DNA of 64,000 bases, taken from assembly GCA_951406725.2 (NCBI GenBank), contig OX597820.1, positions 25,358,001-25,422,000 of the forward strand, in the 5' to 3' direction. Made by a program: the position numbers and the translations under genes. Under the pieces are notes generated by a model. It was not told the DNA's origin. It was given only the letters and a program-made list of their open reading frames with translations, and made no database searches. The stretch comes from Octopus vulgaris. Its lineage: Eukaryota. Positions 25,101-38,917 of this stretch are shown one piece after another; within the stretch, counting starts at the first letter, position 1, and each line of letters starts with the position of its first letter.

Positions 25101-25704
25101 CTCCCTTGACTAGAGCAACATCATCCATTCTTCTTACATCTGCTGACCATTATATTATCCATCATTCATCTGTCTTTTCATTCTGAGTTCAAATTCTGCC
25201 GAGGTTGACTTTGCTTTTCATCCTTTTGGGGGTCAATAAATTAAGTACCAGTTGCGTACTGGGGTTGATCTAATCGACTGGCCCCCTCCCCTAAAATTTT
25301 GGGCCTTGTGCCTAGAGTAGAAAAGATTATATTATCCATCATGTTTCTTTGTATTCAAATTTTTGAAAATGCTGATAAACGCCGTTTAACTATTCTGTTT
25401 CTTGATGAGGGCCCAGTGCTCAAAATATCAATTTCTTCTTGGTGTCTTTCTCACTGTGTACATGAATTATTTCATGCTTCTGTTTGTGTTGTTTTAATTT
25501 CTGAGATATTTTAGTTATATTGTGAAGATGCAGATCTCACTGGAAATTTAACTGTATTCTACTTGTTTGGTTACAATATATTCTCTTATTCTTTAACTGT
25601 CTCCTCTCAGTAGATTGTGTCCATGCTGAAACATTACTGTCAAGGGATTTCATTGACTATGTCAACTCAAGTACTTTCTCTGGTACCTTTTTTAGTAACA
25701 TTTT

Positions 25705-25950
25705 AGTATGTCAAGGGAACAGACCAGATGGAAAATACCAGACATCGAAAGGCAGAGATCAGATGATGAAGATGCAAAGAAGGACTAGTGCTTCCCCGTG
25801 CCCTGTCAACCCTCCCCTGTTAGAAATGCTCCTGGCTCTTCTCCACCGTTCTTGGCCTGAATAGCCATTTCAGGCACCAGCACCCTTCACACCCATGAGC
25901 ATGAAGAGGCTCAATCACTCGCTACAGATTAACTACAAGTTTATGCCGCT
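25705..25950 (+). mobile_element. RTE LINE extreme 3' coding fragment with C2H2 zinc finger
   Basis: MENTRHRKAEIR***.KEG... followed by LPC*KCSWLFSTVLGLNSHFRHQH. Confidence 0.6.
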
Positions 25951-26008
25951 ACCACCGAGTAATGAAAGGATAAGTCAACTTGTATGGAATCAGATGCCAT
26001 TCCTCCTC

Positions 26009-26039
<31 letters not shown>

Positions 26040-26303
26040 CACACACACACACACATACACACACATCGCCCCCCACCATCGTTTGACAACCAATAAGTCC
26101 TGGGGTCAATGAAAAAATAACTGTTAAAATCGAACTGCACTCTTCAAAACATACACTAAGAATAAGTACAAGGTGAAATTACTACCTGCTCTTATAGCAA
26201 GTTGATGCAGGTAGTTTATCCCTCTCCAACTCTTAGTTCATGCAATTGAAAAAAACCGCATTATTTACGGGATGGCCCAATAATAACTTGGTGTTAAAAC
26301 TCA

Positions 26304-26496
26304 ATACTCAGTATATGTATGCTTCAGAGTAAAGCTTTAGTGAAACTTGGATACTGTCCAAGGCCCTTAGTAACCTCCTGAACTCCCTTGGTACTAGAAT
26401 ATACTCAGTATATGTATGCATCAGAGTAAAGCTTTAGTGAAACTTGGATACTGTCCAAGGCCCTTAGTAACCTCCTGAACTCCCTTGGTACTAGAA
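26304..26496. repeat. 97-bp tandem duplication
   Basis: atactcagtatatgtatgc...cccttggtactagaa at 26304 and 26401, ~1 mismatch. Confidence 0.95.
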
Positions 26497-26892
26497 AGGT
26501 TTTGCATGATTATGCGTTACCATTGATTGGGTTTTTTATCCAACCAACAGCTATACTCAGAAACTGGGATGCATTCTGTTACCTGTATGATTCAGGAGTG
26601 TCAGCATAGGCTTTGATCATATTGCTTGATTTTCCAAATTGGGTCTTGCATACCGTGTTATTTTCTGAGAATCTGAGTTGACAGCTTATGTTGGTTGACT
26701 GCATACCACATGGTCACAGCAGAAGAGGAAGTATTTTGTAGAGATGGGGACTGACTGGGGCACTGCTTGGAGAGTTACCCAGGATGACTCAGACAAATAG
26801 TGAATGCAGTGATGTGGTGTGACAGCACATGCCCTCTTACCTGTCTTGTACTAATGTAGTCAAGGATACACTGACAGCTTTACTCATTAGAC

Positions 26893-27388
26893 CAGTGATT
26901 CTCAACCTTTTTACCTTTACATAAACCTTAAAATAAATTACATGTCTCAAGGAACCCCTGCACAAAAAAAAAATTATATACTATATCTTTCTCATATATG
27001 TTTCATCATTGGCTAAACTGGCAAAATGACCATTCCTAAATACAACAATATATATATATATATCTGTAAAATAATATGTGACAATTATTCAATAGCCAAG
27101 ATAAAACTCTGAGTTTCGGATGCCGAGGTGGAAATCCACAACACTATCTCTTCGGTTATCTGGCCATCTGAAAAACGCTATGAAAAAGGCCGTTATACAA
27201 AGGGAAATTACTGTGTTATAATTCCGCTACTTATATAAAAGCGCTAATCCAATGACCGCTAATTAAAATAAGGTTAAAAGTCCATAATAAACACATAAGC
27301 ATGCCTACTCATACGCACACATGTGCGCTTGCACACCCACATGTGTACATATACGTCACTATGAAAATGTACACATCTTCATGTATTT

Positions 27389-27431
<43 letters not shown>

Positions 27432-28275
27432 ATATTTTTTATGTGGCACGTAAAAAGCACCCACTACACTCACGGAGTGGTTGGCGTTAGGAAAGGCATC
27501 CAGCCGTAGAAACACTGCCAGATCTGACTGGGCCTGACGAAACCTTCCAGCTTCACAGACCCCAGTTGAACCGTCCAACCCATGCTAGCATGGAAAGCGG
27601 ACGCTAAATGATGATGATGATATATATATATATATGTTGTTATATTTTTTTGATAACATAATGGGTTAGATAGGATGATGTCTATATTACCATATTCTTT
27701 TCTACTCTAGGCACAAGGCCCAAAAATTTTAGGGATGGGGGGCAGTTGATTACATCGACCCCAGTACGCAACTGGTACTTAATTTATCGACCACGAAAGG
27801 ATGAAAGGCAAAGTCAACCTCAGCGGAATTTGAACTCAGAACATAATGACAGACGAAATACTGCTAAGCATTTCACCCGGCTTGCTAATGTTTCTTATTC
27901 CTTTATTGTCCACAAGGGGCTAAACATAGAGGGAACAAACAAAGGGATTAAGTAGATTACATTGACCCCAGTGCGTAACTGGTACTTAATTTATCGACCC
28001 TGAAAGGATGAAAGGCAAAGTCAACCTCAGCGGAATTTGAACTCAGAACGTAAAAACAGACAAAATTCCACTTAGCATTTTGCCCAGCATGCTAATGTTT
28101 CTGCCAGCTCATTGCCTTTCTATATTACAATATTACAATAACTAATCTGTTGTGCATGTATAATAATATTACGATCATGAAATTAGCATTAGCTTATCTC
28201 ACTCTTTCTCACAGAACCCCTAGGAACCTTTTGCGGAACCCTAGGGATCCAGGGAACCCCAGTTGAGAAATGCTG
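26893..28275. mobile_element. hAT-type non-autonomous element with nested PLE, SINE-C and SINE-B insertions
   Basis: TIRs CAGTGATTCTCAAC / GTTGAGAAATGCTG. Perfect 8-bp TSD CATTAGAC at 26885-26892 and 28276-28283. Confidence 0.9.
27095..27164 (-). ncRNA. Type I hammerhead ribozyme-like motif in a second PLE family (remnant ~27062-27410)
   Basis: Minus strand reads GCCAGATAA-CCGAAGA-[GAT...GTGGA TT TCCAC...ATC C]-GAAA-CTC A GAG-TT-TTATCTTGGC. Helix I is GATAA/TTATC (extendable), helix III is quasi-palindromic, and the core has U4C. Confidence 0.65.
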
Positions 28276-30899
28276 CATTAGACTGAAAATATAATCTCCA
28301 TGTGACCTGAGGATTGTAGAAATTTAGTGGTTAGGGTCCTGAACTGAAATTCTGAACTTGATACAAATATCCTGGTTTTTAAGAACTTGTTTTATTTTTG
28401 TTGTTGTTTTTCTTTTTAACATCTGTTGTAGTTATCCTGGCTGAAAAGAAAAAAAAAAACTCTTTCATTATTTCTACTTTACTGATATGTATATATTTCC
28501 CACAGCACTTTCTCAGTAATTCATATAAATGTTCACATAAACAAAGCCATCCAACCTAGAATAATATTGATACATTGTATTTTAGCTCTGTTGTTAACAT
28601 TTAAAGTAGAAAAGGATATTTCAGACTAAGTAAAAATATTGATTTCCTTCTGATTATATTTGAAGCCTGTGTTAAGGTGTGTGGGTGAGTAATATAGAGG
28701 TAGGATGGGAGAAGATATTGTGAGTTTTATGTGTGTTTGTGGGTGTGATTAAATGAAGTGAAATAGTTTCAGCTAGGATATGAACCCAGCTTATGAAGAA
28801 CTTTTACCCTTCTTTTTATACTACAGTGTTCATTACTAAGTTGATATATCAACTCCTTATGACTTGATCAGGAGATAACTTGTGGTCTTATTGAAATGTG
28901 ACTATGTCTTTTTTTACTGAAAAAGCTTGTGTAAGAAGAATAAGAAAAATGCTTGCCTATAGCCAATCTAGAGATAACTTATGATTGTGCATTGCTTATA
29001 AAATTCCACTTCAATGGTTTATATATTTAGGTGTGAAAACATGTTTGGCCAGGAGTGAATATTATCTTGCTTAGCTAAAATGGGTGAGGATTGGTGACAG
29101 GAAACTCTGCCTTGACAAACTCCCTCTGACCCATGCCAGTTTGGAAAAGTGGATGTTCAAATATTAATGATGATGATGACAATGGTGATGGTGGTGTGGT
29201 GGTGGTGGTGGTGATGATGATGGATTTTTTTATGTTGATCAATCAAAATAATTTCTTAAAGTTAGATGCTTTCGGCATGCAATTATGTTTATAAAAGCGA
29301 ATTTGAAAGAATATTTACAAAACAATATATCAACCAAAAATTAAACAATGTGCAGTCTGTTTGTCATGTCAGAAAAACAAGACAGGAGAAAAATTTTTGT
29401 CTTCCTAATATCAAAACCACTGTAGTGAAAGCTCTAAAAGAGGTCAGCTGTAACAGATAAGTAAGATTTTCTCAGCTTTATAGTGTGAATGCATCATCAT
29501 CTAATGTCTGTTTTCCATGCTGGCATGGGTTGGACAGTTTGACAAACTCCAAATTTTTGTTATCCCATGGCTTCTACTGTTGGATGCCCTTCCTAATGCC
29601 AACCACTTTACAGAGTCTGCTGGGTGTTTTTTACGTGCCACCAGCTTGTGTGAATTTATGTAGCACTGGCACAAGTGCCTTGTATGTGGCTCCAGTACCT
29701 GTAAAGGACAAGCCTGAATATATGGATGACAGCAATTACATAATTTTATTTATAAATTTACACCAAGTTGTAAATCTTGTACAAATAAAATATAAATAGT
29801 AGAAATAGATTATACGTGGTTGAGGATAGTATTTATATGTGAAACTGATCCAGGAGTAATCGTATCATTGTGTGGAGGATACTCCTAGAGGTTTACCCAT
29901 GTTGAAGGAAGACTTGTGAGCAAGGCCTTACAGTTCAAATGATATTGGGTTGAGGTGAATAATGATATCAATGTAGTTTGCTCTCTGGGTCTGTTTTGAT
30001 CACCACCATTCAAGCAGTGCTGTTCATTTTCAATCTGACATGTTTTCATATTAGACAATAGAGATATTACCTTGCTCAAAAACAAGTGAAGGTTGGTGAC
30101 AGGAAGAGCATCTGGCCATAGAAAATCTTCCTCAACTAATTCCATCTGACCCATACAACCATGGAAAAGCATGCATCAGAAAATGAAACACCTACCAACT
30201 GTTAATAGTTTTGTAATAAAAAAAATTGTCTTAATGAATATCCTATCTATATTGGATAAGTTTAGTAAATTTGGACGTTTGAATCACCATCATCGTTTAA
30301 TGTCTGTTTTCTTGATGTCATAGGTTGAATGGTTCAACAGGATCTAACTTACCAGAGGATTATGTCAAGCTCCAGTGTCCATTTTGGCATAGTTTCTGTG
30401 ACTGGATACTTTTTCTTACATGAACCACTTTACAGATTGTATTGGGTGCTTTTTTCATGGCACCAACATTAGTGAGGTAACCAAGTAACTTGTAAGATGA
30501 GAACCTTTGGCTGAATGGGGGTTGTAGTATTAAGGAAGGTGACTTCACTCTATGTGCTGAGAGGCTAAAGTTTGATAGAGGGACAGGAACAGGTGTCGAG
30601 AAGATACATGGTTACCACAGCTGGAAAGAGAGGAAAGATGGTGGTAATGAGGTATCAGGGTGTACCCTCATTATACAAGAATATAAAGATAAGAAAGAAT
30701 ATCGACAAAGGATTGGTGAGGGTGGGTGGATAAGTTCACAAGTGTGTGAAAAGAAGAGTGACAGATGGTTAAAGATGGGGATAGAGGTGAATGCAGTGGA
30801 CCATAAACACAGGTGGCGGCATGGCCAATGGTAAATATCAGTTTGGGGTGGAAGGTGAGTGAAATAGGGGTGGGTAAGGGAAGAGGACATAATAAGTGG

Positions 30900-31148
30900 C
30901 AGTACAACTGAAGTACATATGACCTTTGGAGGTCCATCTAAGATTTTGTATTAAAATTTATGAGCAATAAATTAATTATACTTCTACAATGCACCAAATA
31001 TTTTAACGATTTTTTTTATTATACAATTCCTCATCATATTTAATTGTAAAAAATATGATTGTTTTTTAAACATCAAATGGCAACAAGGGTTTACCCAAGT
31101 AAAACAGGAATCAAAAGGGACCACAAGCAAAACAGTTGAGAATCACTG
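30900..31148. mobile_element. Old hAT-type MITE
   Basis: Right end GGGACCACAAGCAAAACAGTTGAGAATCACTG resembles the hAT TIR seen at 26893. Related pieces at 42275-42470, 46935-46990 and 48075-48135. Confidence 0.55.
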
Positions 31149-31478
31149 CTGAACTTAGACAAGAAATGAGGAGATTATATGGAAATTGATATTACTAACT
31201 ACTTTAGTTAAGTGGTAGCAGTGGAGCCTGTTTATCAGTCAAACAACTTGTTAGATTGTTAGACATGTTTTAACCAGAATTTAAACAATGTAATAACTAG
31301 TAGTTGTAATAATATTTGATCTCAGCTCCTTAACCTGATTGTATCACATTGATAAGAATGAAAGTAATTTCTAATATTATCAGAAAATTAAGTTGGTGTG
31401 TCTCAAATCAAGAGATATAACTTATAGGTAGTGTCTCCCACATTGATAATAATAATATCAATAATGATGGTGATGGTG

Positions 31479-31511
<33 letters not shown>

Positions 31512-31840
31512 TGCACCCATTATTCCTGGGAATGTTGTTTTCAGGTATCTCCTCCAAAAGGTCCTATCAAAAGCAGTTGTTAGACTTTCTGACTGGATTT
31601 CCAAGCATAACCAACTGAGACTGTGGTTATTACCCAACAATCTTGTTCTTGGTCTACACTTAGGCAACAGTTTTAGGGAAGGGGATTAGTCAATTACATT
31701 GACCTCAGTGTTCAACTATTTCTTAATTTTATTCAACTATAGCAGAATTTGAACTCAGATGTAAAGAACTGGAAGAAATGTTGCTTAGCACTTTATCCAG
31801 TGTACTAAGAAATCTGCCAGCTTACTGCTTTGAAGGAAGG

Positions 31841-32168
31841 GCCCCCTTCGGTCATGAATAACCCTGAGATTGCATCTAGAAAGTCCTTCTTTGGGGCTCA
31901 AGTCTGGGTGAGGTTGTTCGGGGAAGACCAGCATTTGCTCATGCATACCAGCCTCCCTTCTGCATGCCACTGATATTATCCAAAAGAAAGGCAAAGTCTG
32001 ACACAGTTTGGCACCAGTGATGTCACAACTCATTTCTACAGCTGAGTGAACTGGAGCAACATGTAATACTGCCTTGTTCAAGAACATAACATACAGCCCT
32101 GTCTGGGAATTAAACTCATTAGCTCATGATTGTGAGCCCAATGCTCTAACCACTCAGCCATGCACCTT
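31841..32168 (-). mobile_element. tRNA/CORE-like SINE, family D
   Basis: tRNA-like head (GCATGGCTGAGTGGTTAGAG...) plus TGTTCTTGAGCAA...GCTCCAGTCCACTCAGCTG body. Other copies at 43353-43838, 54417-54745, 54748-54940 and 59963-60235. Confidence 0.75.
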
Positions 32169-32223
32169 CACTGTTCACTGCCTTAATCATAATAATAATA
32201 ATAATGATAATGATGATAATAAT

Positions 32224-32438
32224 AACAAGAGCACTCACAGAACTCAAACCTCCACCAAAGCAATACCAATGTGATCCCAAAATCAAATCAGTTCATGCCA
32301 GTCACGAGGCCAAACATCCCTGAAAGGTTCATCCAAATCCATTCAGTGGTTCTTGAGATATCTTGCCCACAGACAAACAAACAAACAAACAAACACAACT
32401 GAAAACAATACCTCCACCTTCGCTAAGGTGGAGGTAAT
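32224..32438 (-). mobile_element. Helentron-associated non-autonomous element (HINE/DINE-1-like)
   Basis: Terminal hairpin TACCTCCACCTT-CGCT-AAGGTGGAGGTA (32409-32436), (AAAC)n microsatellite, sub-TIR ACCTCCACC near the other end, terminus AACAAGAGCACTC. Confidence 0.75.
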
Positions 32439-33614
32439 AATCCTTTTTACTATATGCACAAGGCCTGTAAATTTGAAGGTGGGTGCTTGCTAGTCAATAA
32501 CATCCACCACAGTGCTCAACTGTTCCTTATTTTATCAACCCTGAAAGGATGAAAGGTAAATCAACCATGGCAGAATTTGAACACCAAATGTAAAGACGGG
32601 TGAAATGCTACTATGCCTTTTTTGTCTGATGTGCTAACAATTCTGCCTACTGAGGAGACCCCCTTCGGTCATGAATGACCATAGGATTGCACCTAGAAAG
32701 TTACCCTCCGAGGCACAAGTCCAGGCAAGGTTGTTTGTGGAAGGCCAGAAGCCACCCATGCATACCAGCCTCCTCTCTCCACACCATTGATGTTGTCCAA
32801 GGGAAAGGCTCTACTGGGAAAGCCTAAAGCTTGGTGTTATAAAATACTTAAGGGACATAATCAATGCTGATAGTAAATTTAGTTTGTATATTGTATCTGT
32901 ATTGTTTGTTCTTTCAGTTTGGTTAACTCCCCTTCTCTCTCTGTTAGCATTAATGTTCAGATTGATGTTTAACTTTGAAATTCTCCTCCTTATTTTATTT
33001 CTATACTTAACCCATTTCATACCAACCTAGACTATGACCACTTCAAGTTCTGTGATACAAAACATTTTATTTTAAATTGTTCATATTTAAATTAGAACTT
33101 TCGTGATTTTATGCAAGAACTTTACTTTATGTATCAACTTCATACTAAAATATATATACAAATTCTTGATTATTTTCAAAATTAACAGCAACACATGGAC
33201 AGTGTTTTTTTTTTGTGGGGTGGGGTGTGGAAATATAGTCACAAAAGGATTAAATAATTCTTGTATTGTTAGAAAATAACAGGGTAGGATGTATCTGTAA
33301 AGCTTAGGCTTACCAATTCACAGATTCTGTACACAAAAGCCATACAAAATAAATAAAATAAAGTAAACTACCTGATTGAGTATTAAAAGAAATCAATTTT
33401 GTATTGGAAATTTTTGATTTTTAAATATTGATTTCTTTTTGGCTTAATATATGGGTTGTTTTTCTTTTACTTATTTATTTATTGAAGAGGTAAAATACAG
33501 TAATTGTATCACTTTAGTAAATAATCTACCCTCAACAATGCCTGACACTCTATAAAGCTCAAGTAAGGCCTGCAATGGAACATTGCTACCATATCTAGCT
33601 CACAGGCATGCTGG

Positions 33615-33649
<35 letters not shown>

Positions 33650-35055
33650 TGTTCTCTGCTTCCTACCTACCCCCACCTTTTCCTTCACTTCCTTCTCCCC
33701 CTCCTCCTCCTCCCCCTCCTCCTCCTCCTACTACTACTACTACAGATTCTCTCCTCAGAGCTGGCTGGTCTGATTCATTTACCTCTCATCATCATCATCA
33801 TCATTCTTGTTGTGTCCACCCCTATCCGCTGGGGGTGAACACAACAGGGTTGATGAAATAAGTACCAATTGAGAACTAGGACCAGTGTAGTCGACTTGGT
33901 CCTTCCTTCAAATTGGTGGCCTTGTGCCAAAATTTGAGATCATTATTTCTCAGTCTCTTAGAGTGGAAGGACATAGGAAGGGCATCCAGCTGTAGAAACC
34001 ATTCCAAATCAGATTGGAACCTGGTGCAGCTCTCCAGCCTAGCAGTTTCAATCAAACTGCCTAACCCATGTCAGCATGGAAAGCAGATACTAAATGATGA
34101 TGATGATGATGATGATGAATGCATGTGTGTGTGTTTGTCCCCTGCCAGTGCGTGATGACTGGCGTTGGTATGTTTACATCTCCATAACTTAGCAGTTCAG
34201 TAAAAGAGACCAATAGAAATAGTACCAGGCTTTAAAAAAATAAGCACTGAGGTCAATTCATTCCACTTAAAATTATTTATGGCCACAGTCTAATCATTAA
34301 ACAAATAAAAGATAAAAATAGATAAAGATAATTACTTCATTCTACTTAAACAGCTTGCTTACAAACCACATGGTTCTGGGTTCAGTCCCACTACGTGGCA
34401 CCTTGGGCAAGTGTTTTCTACTATAGCCTCAGGTCGACCAAATCCTTGTGAGTGGATTTGGTAGACGGAAACTGAAAGAAGCCCATCGTATATATGTATG
34501 TGTGTGTATATGTTTGTGTGTCTGTGTTTGTTCCCCCAACATCGCTTGACAAACGATGCTAGTGTGTTTACGTCCCCGTAACTTAGCGGTTCGACAAAAA
34601 AGATGGATAGAATAACTACTAGGCTTATAAAGAATAAGTCCTGGGATCGATTTGCTCGACTAAAGGCAATGCTCCAGCATGGCTACAGTCAAATGACTGA
34701 AACAAGTAAAGAAAAAAATTCACACACACCCACACTAATTTGAATACCACTTATTAAAAATTATTGGATTTTATATGATAAATATATGTTCTTCAGGAAA
34801 ACCGTTTTTTTTAAAACAGAATAAGGTTATGAAGATTATTAAATAAGCTTTGAAGCAACTAAAAAAACTTCTCTTTTTCATTTTTGGCTTTTCTTCTTAA
34901 GGCTAGGGAAGTTGGAATTTATCAGTTTTCAGTTCACTTAGAACTGGATCCTATTTTTGTTTCTGTTATAAGAAAAATAAATAAGAAATATTGATTTTTT
35001 ATTTAGGTACTCAATGATAAATTTATGTAAAGTTTGTAACAAAAAAACAAAACAA

Positions 35056-35088
<33 letters not shown>

Positions 35089-35373
35089 GATGATGATAAG
35101 ACTGAAAATATCTATATTGAGCTGAGAATGCTAGATTTGAAAGTTTTAAGGGAAGTAATTAGTTTTGTTGCATTGGCTGCAAATCATTTTTCTGGCAATC
35201 AATATGTATAGCAAATCATTGCTATCCTCCACACCCTCGTGTTGTTATACAGTATTTGTTTTTTTTTAAAGTTTGATGTTTATTCTATTAGTCTCTTTGC
35301 TGAACTGCTAAGTCATAGAACATAAAAACACCAACACCTGTTGTTGAGTGGTGATAGGGAACAAACGCAGTCA

Positions 35374-35414
<41 letters not shown>

Positions 35415-35434
35415 GACACACCTCTTTCAGTTTC

Positions 35435-35847
35435 TTATTTCTTTATTGCCCACAAGGGGCTAAACATAGAGGGGACAGACAAAGTTATTAAGTCGATTAC
35501 ATCGACCTCAGTGCAGAACTGGTGCTTAATTTATCAACCCCGAAAGGATGAAAGGCAAGGTCGACCTTGGCGGAATTTGAACTCAGAACATAAGTAAAGA
35601 TGGACGAAATACCTATTTCTTTACTACCCACTAGGGGCTAAACACTGAGAGGACAAACAAGGAGATACAAAGGGATTAAGTTGATTACATCGACCCCAGT
35701 GTGTAACTGGTACTTAATTTATCGACCCCGAAAGGATGAAATGTAAAGTTGACCTCGGCGGAATTTGAACTCAGAACGTAATGGCAGACGAAATACTGAT
35801 AAGCATTTCGCCAAGCGCACTAATGTTTCTGCCAGCTCGCTGCCTTC
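35435..35847 (-). mobile_element. SINE-B dimer flanked by a ~130-bp direct repeat
   Basis: 35276-35434 is repeated at 35848-35980. Confidence 0.88.
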
Positions 35848-37794
35848 ATGTTTATTCTATTAGTCTCTTTGCTGAACTGCTAAGTTATAGAACATAAAAA
35901 CACCAACACCTGTTGTTGAGTGGTGATAGGGAACAAACACAGTCACAGTCACACATATATGACACACCTCTTTCAGTTTCTGTCCTCCAAATCCACTCCC
36001 AAGGCTTTGGTCAACCTGAGGCTATAGTAGAAGACACTTGCCCAAGGAGCCATACAGTAGGACTTGAACCTGAAACCATGTGGTTTAGAAGCAAACTTCT
36101 TATCACACAGCCACACCTGCACCTATTATTAAGAAATTATATTATCTATCAGTAACATCATTACCTTGTACAGTTTTTGTCTCTTTCCAGCTCCATCCGT
36201 TCACTCTCACCCTTTCTTCTGTAACGTGAGGAGTTATGTAGCTCCTCCATAGGAAGAAACATGTTCTGTTCTAGTTCATTCTTAAATACTCTAACTCCAC
36301 ATCTCCTTGTATAAAGCTGCCTCACTATCTACTGTTGTCCCACTCTGTTGAAGGAGATCTTTGTCTTGCAAGCCACATAGCAACCTCACCGGTACTAGTG
36401 CTATGAATAAAGCACTCAGTACGTGATGTAAAGTAGCTGGCAATGGGAAGGGTATCCAGTTGTAGAAACCATCCCAAAGCAGACATTGGAGCATAATACT
36501 GTCCTTGGACCCTTTCGGTCCTGTTGGACCACCCAACCTATCCCAGCATGGAGCATGGACGTTAAATGACGATGATGATCATCATCATCATGACCATTAA
36601 TACTCTTTTGTATTGGACTAGTGCAAGCAGAACTGAGTCATATTCAGTATTCCTAATTTGGTAATTTGTAATTAATAGTTTACAATGACGGGGTGGAGAG
36701 GACTTCCAAATAACTAGAGTGTTAGAACAGACTGATTAGTGTGGAGTTATTCACTAACATGGAATGGATTTGAGGCAGATCCATAGGCTCGAGAACAGTG
36801 TGTGCAGGGGGTGCAAGCACAGCCACTAAAATGTTTTTTGTTTTTGGTTGGGAGCAATGAAAACACTTTGAAAATCCTCCTTAAAAACTGGATTTGCACC
36901 AACTAAACAAATTTCATTTCTACACTTACAGGCAGATCTGCTATTCCAAAAAATTTTCCTGCAATATCATATAAAAAGCTTATCTACTGATTACTTATTC
37001 TCAAGACTGACAGAGATTCATTATACTTAACGAAAATATTCTTAAATAGTTTTTCAGATACTGAGTGTGATCTGAGGGAGGTCTACTATTTCTTAAAATC
37101 TAAGTACTGTTGTCAATACTGACAGAGACTTGGTTATATTTATCTTAGATTTTTTTCCCAGACATTGGGTTGTGATTTTAGAAAGGTGTGGCTTTTTCTA
37201 AAAATCTCTTCACAATATCTTATTATATAAAAGCTTATCTGAGGACATTTACCAAAACTAAAGTACATATATAGATGTAAGTAACACTCTGATAACACTG
37301 ACCACAAAGTTTATATCCTGGCATGTCAGAATTTAAATTTCTTTGATAATTCTGTTATTGAAATGTCACTTATGTGTAGTTTTACATAAATACTTATAAT
37401 AGATAAACTTTTATATGATATTGCAGGGAAAGTTTGTTTTTCTAAGCCCATCACACCTCTAAAAACTTCTGATTAGCTTTCACTATTTCTGATCATATCT
37501 TCTTTGGTCTTCCGCTTTAATAACTTTTTCCCACATGGCATGGCTGTGTGGAGACACAGGCACGACTGTGTGGTAAGAAGATTGCTTCCCAACCACATGG
37601 GTCTGGGTCCAGTCTCACTGTGTGGCACCTTGGGCAAGTGTCTTCTACTATAGCCTCTGGCCAATGAAAGTCTCTTGAATGGATTTGGTAGATGGAAACT
37701 AAAAGAAGCCCATCATATATATATATGTATATATCTATGTGTGTGTGTCTGTGTTTGTCCCCTCATCACTGCTTGACAACCCAGTGATTTTAAT

Positions 37795-38018
37795 ATCTGG
37801 CCATCTGGTAATTGGATGCCTTCATTGTTGACTACCTGTCGCCTTCTCATGATGAATATTGCACACCTATCCTATGCCTGTATCTTTGCTGATGAGTCTT
37901 ACAGTCTGTATTAAGGAATCCATCTCATATTCATTCTTAGTAAAAAGCTTTAGATCATCCATGTAGAGCAAATGGTTAACTTTTCCCTTACTATTTTCTG
38001 AACTGATACCCTGCCTTT
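37795..38018 (-). mobile_element. R4/Dong-like (RLE-type) non-LTR RT fragment
   Basis: KAGYQF...VNHLLYMDDLKLFTKNEYEMDSLIQTVRLISKD...EGIQLPDGQILKSL. Confidence 0.75.
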
Positions 38019-38038
38019 TATTATCATAATCACTATTA

Positions 38039-38075
<37 letters not shown>

Positions 38076-38879
38076 GTTGTTATTATTATTATTATCATCA
38101 TCATCATATTATTATTTTTATTATTCATCATTCAACGTCCGCTTTCCATGCTAGCATGGGTTGGACGATTTGACTGAGGACTGGCGAACCAGATAGCTGC
38201 ACCAGGCTCCAATCTGATCTGGTAGAGTTTCTACAGCTGGATGCCCTTCCTAATGCCAACCACTCTGAGAGTGTAGTGAGTGCTTTTACCATGCCAGTGG
38301 TACACAAAAAGCACCCAGCACACTCTGTGAAGTGGTTGGCATTAGGAAGGGCATCCAATCATGGAAAGCATGTCACTAGAGACAACTGGAATCTGGATAG
38401 CTCCTGTCAAATGATCTAACCCATGCCAGCATGGAAAACGGACGTTAAATGATGATGATGATGATGATGATGTGCATGTATGTGTGTGTGTGTGTGCCCT
38501 CATTTTAACATTGCTTGATTGCTGTAAATGAATGTTATTCATTTCCAAACTTCTGTAAAAAAAACATGTCTGGGCATGGGAAAATATTACCTCACTTGGA
38601 AAGAGGTAGGGCATCTGGCTGTAGATGCATGCATGGAAAGATGGACATTAAAAGATGATGATGATGATGGTGATGATTGTATTGAAAGTACTCCATGTAA
38701 TATGTGTACTGTGTCTAGTAGTGATTTCCCTATTGTTATAAGGGTCTCTTTCTGTTTTCAAGCCCCGCCTGCTGGTTATCTCTATTTTCAGATCATTTTG
38801 GGATTGGTAATTTGATAAGGGTGCACTTCCTTTCTTGGTAGTCCTTGACATGATTACTACTACTACTACTGCTGCTACT

Positions 38880-38917
<38 letters not shown>

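Noticed and set aside
25395-25435. TTGATGAG-GGC...GCTC-AAAA hammerhead-like string
   Set aside because: GAAA is mutated and helix I is absent; too degenerate.
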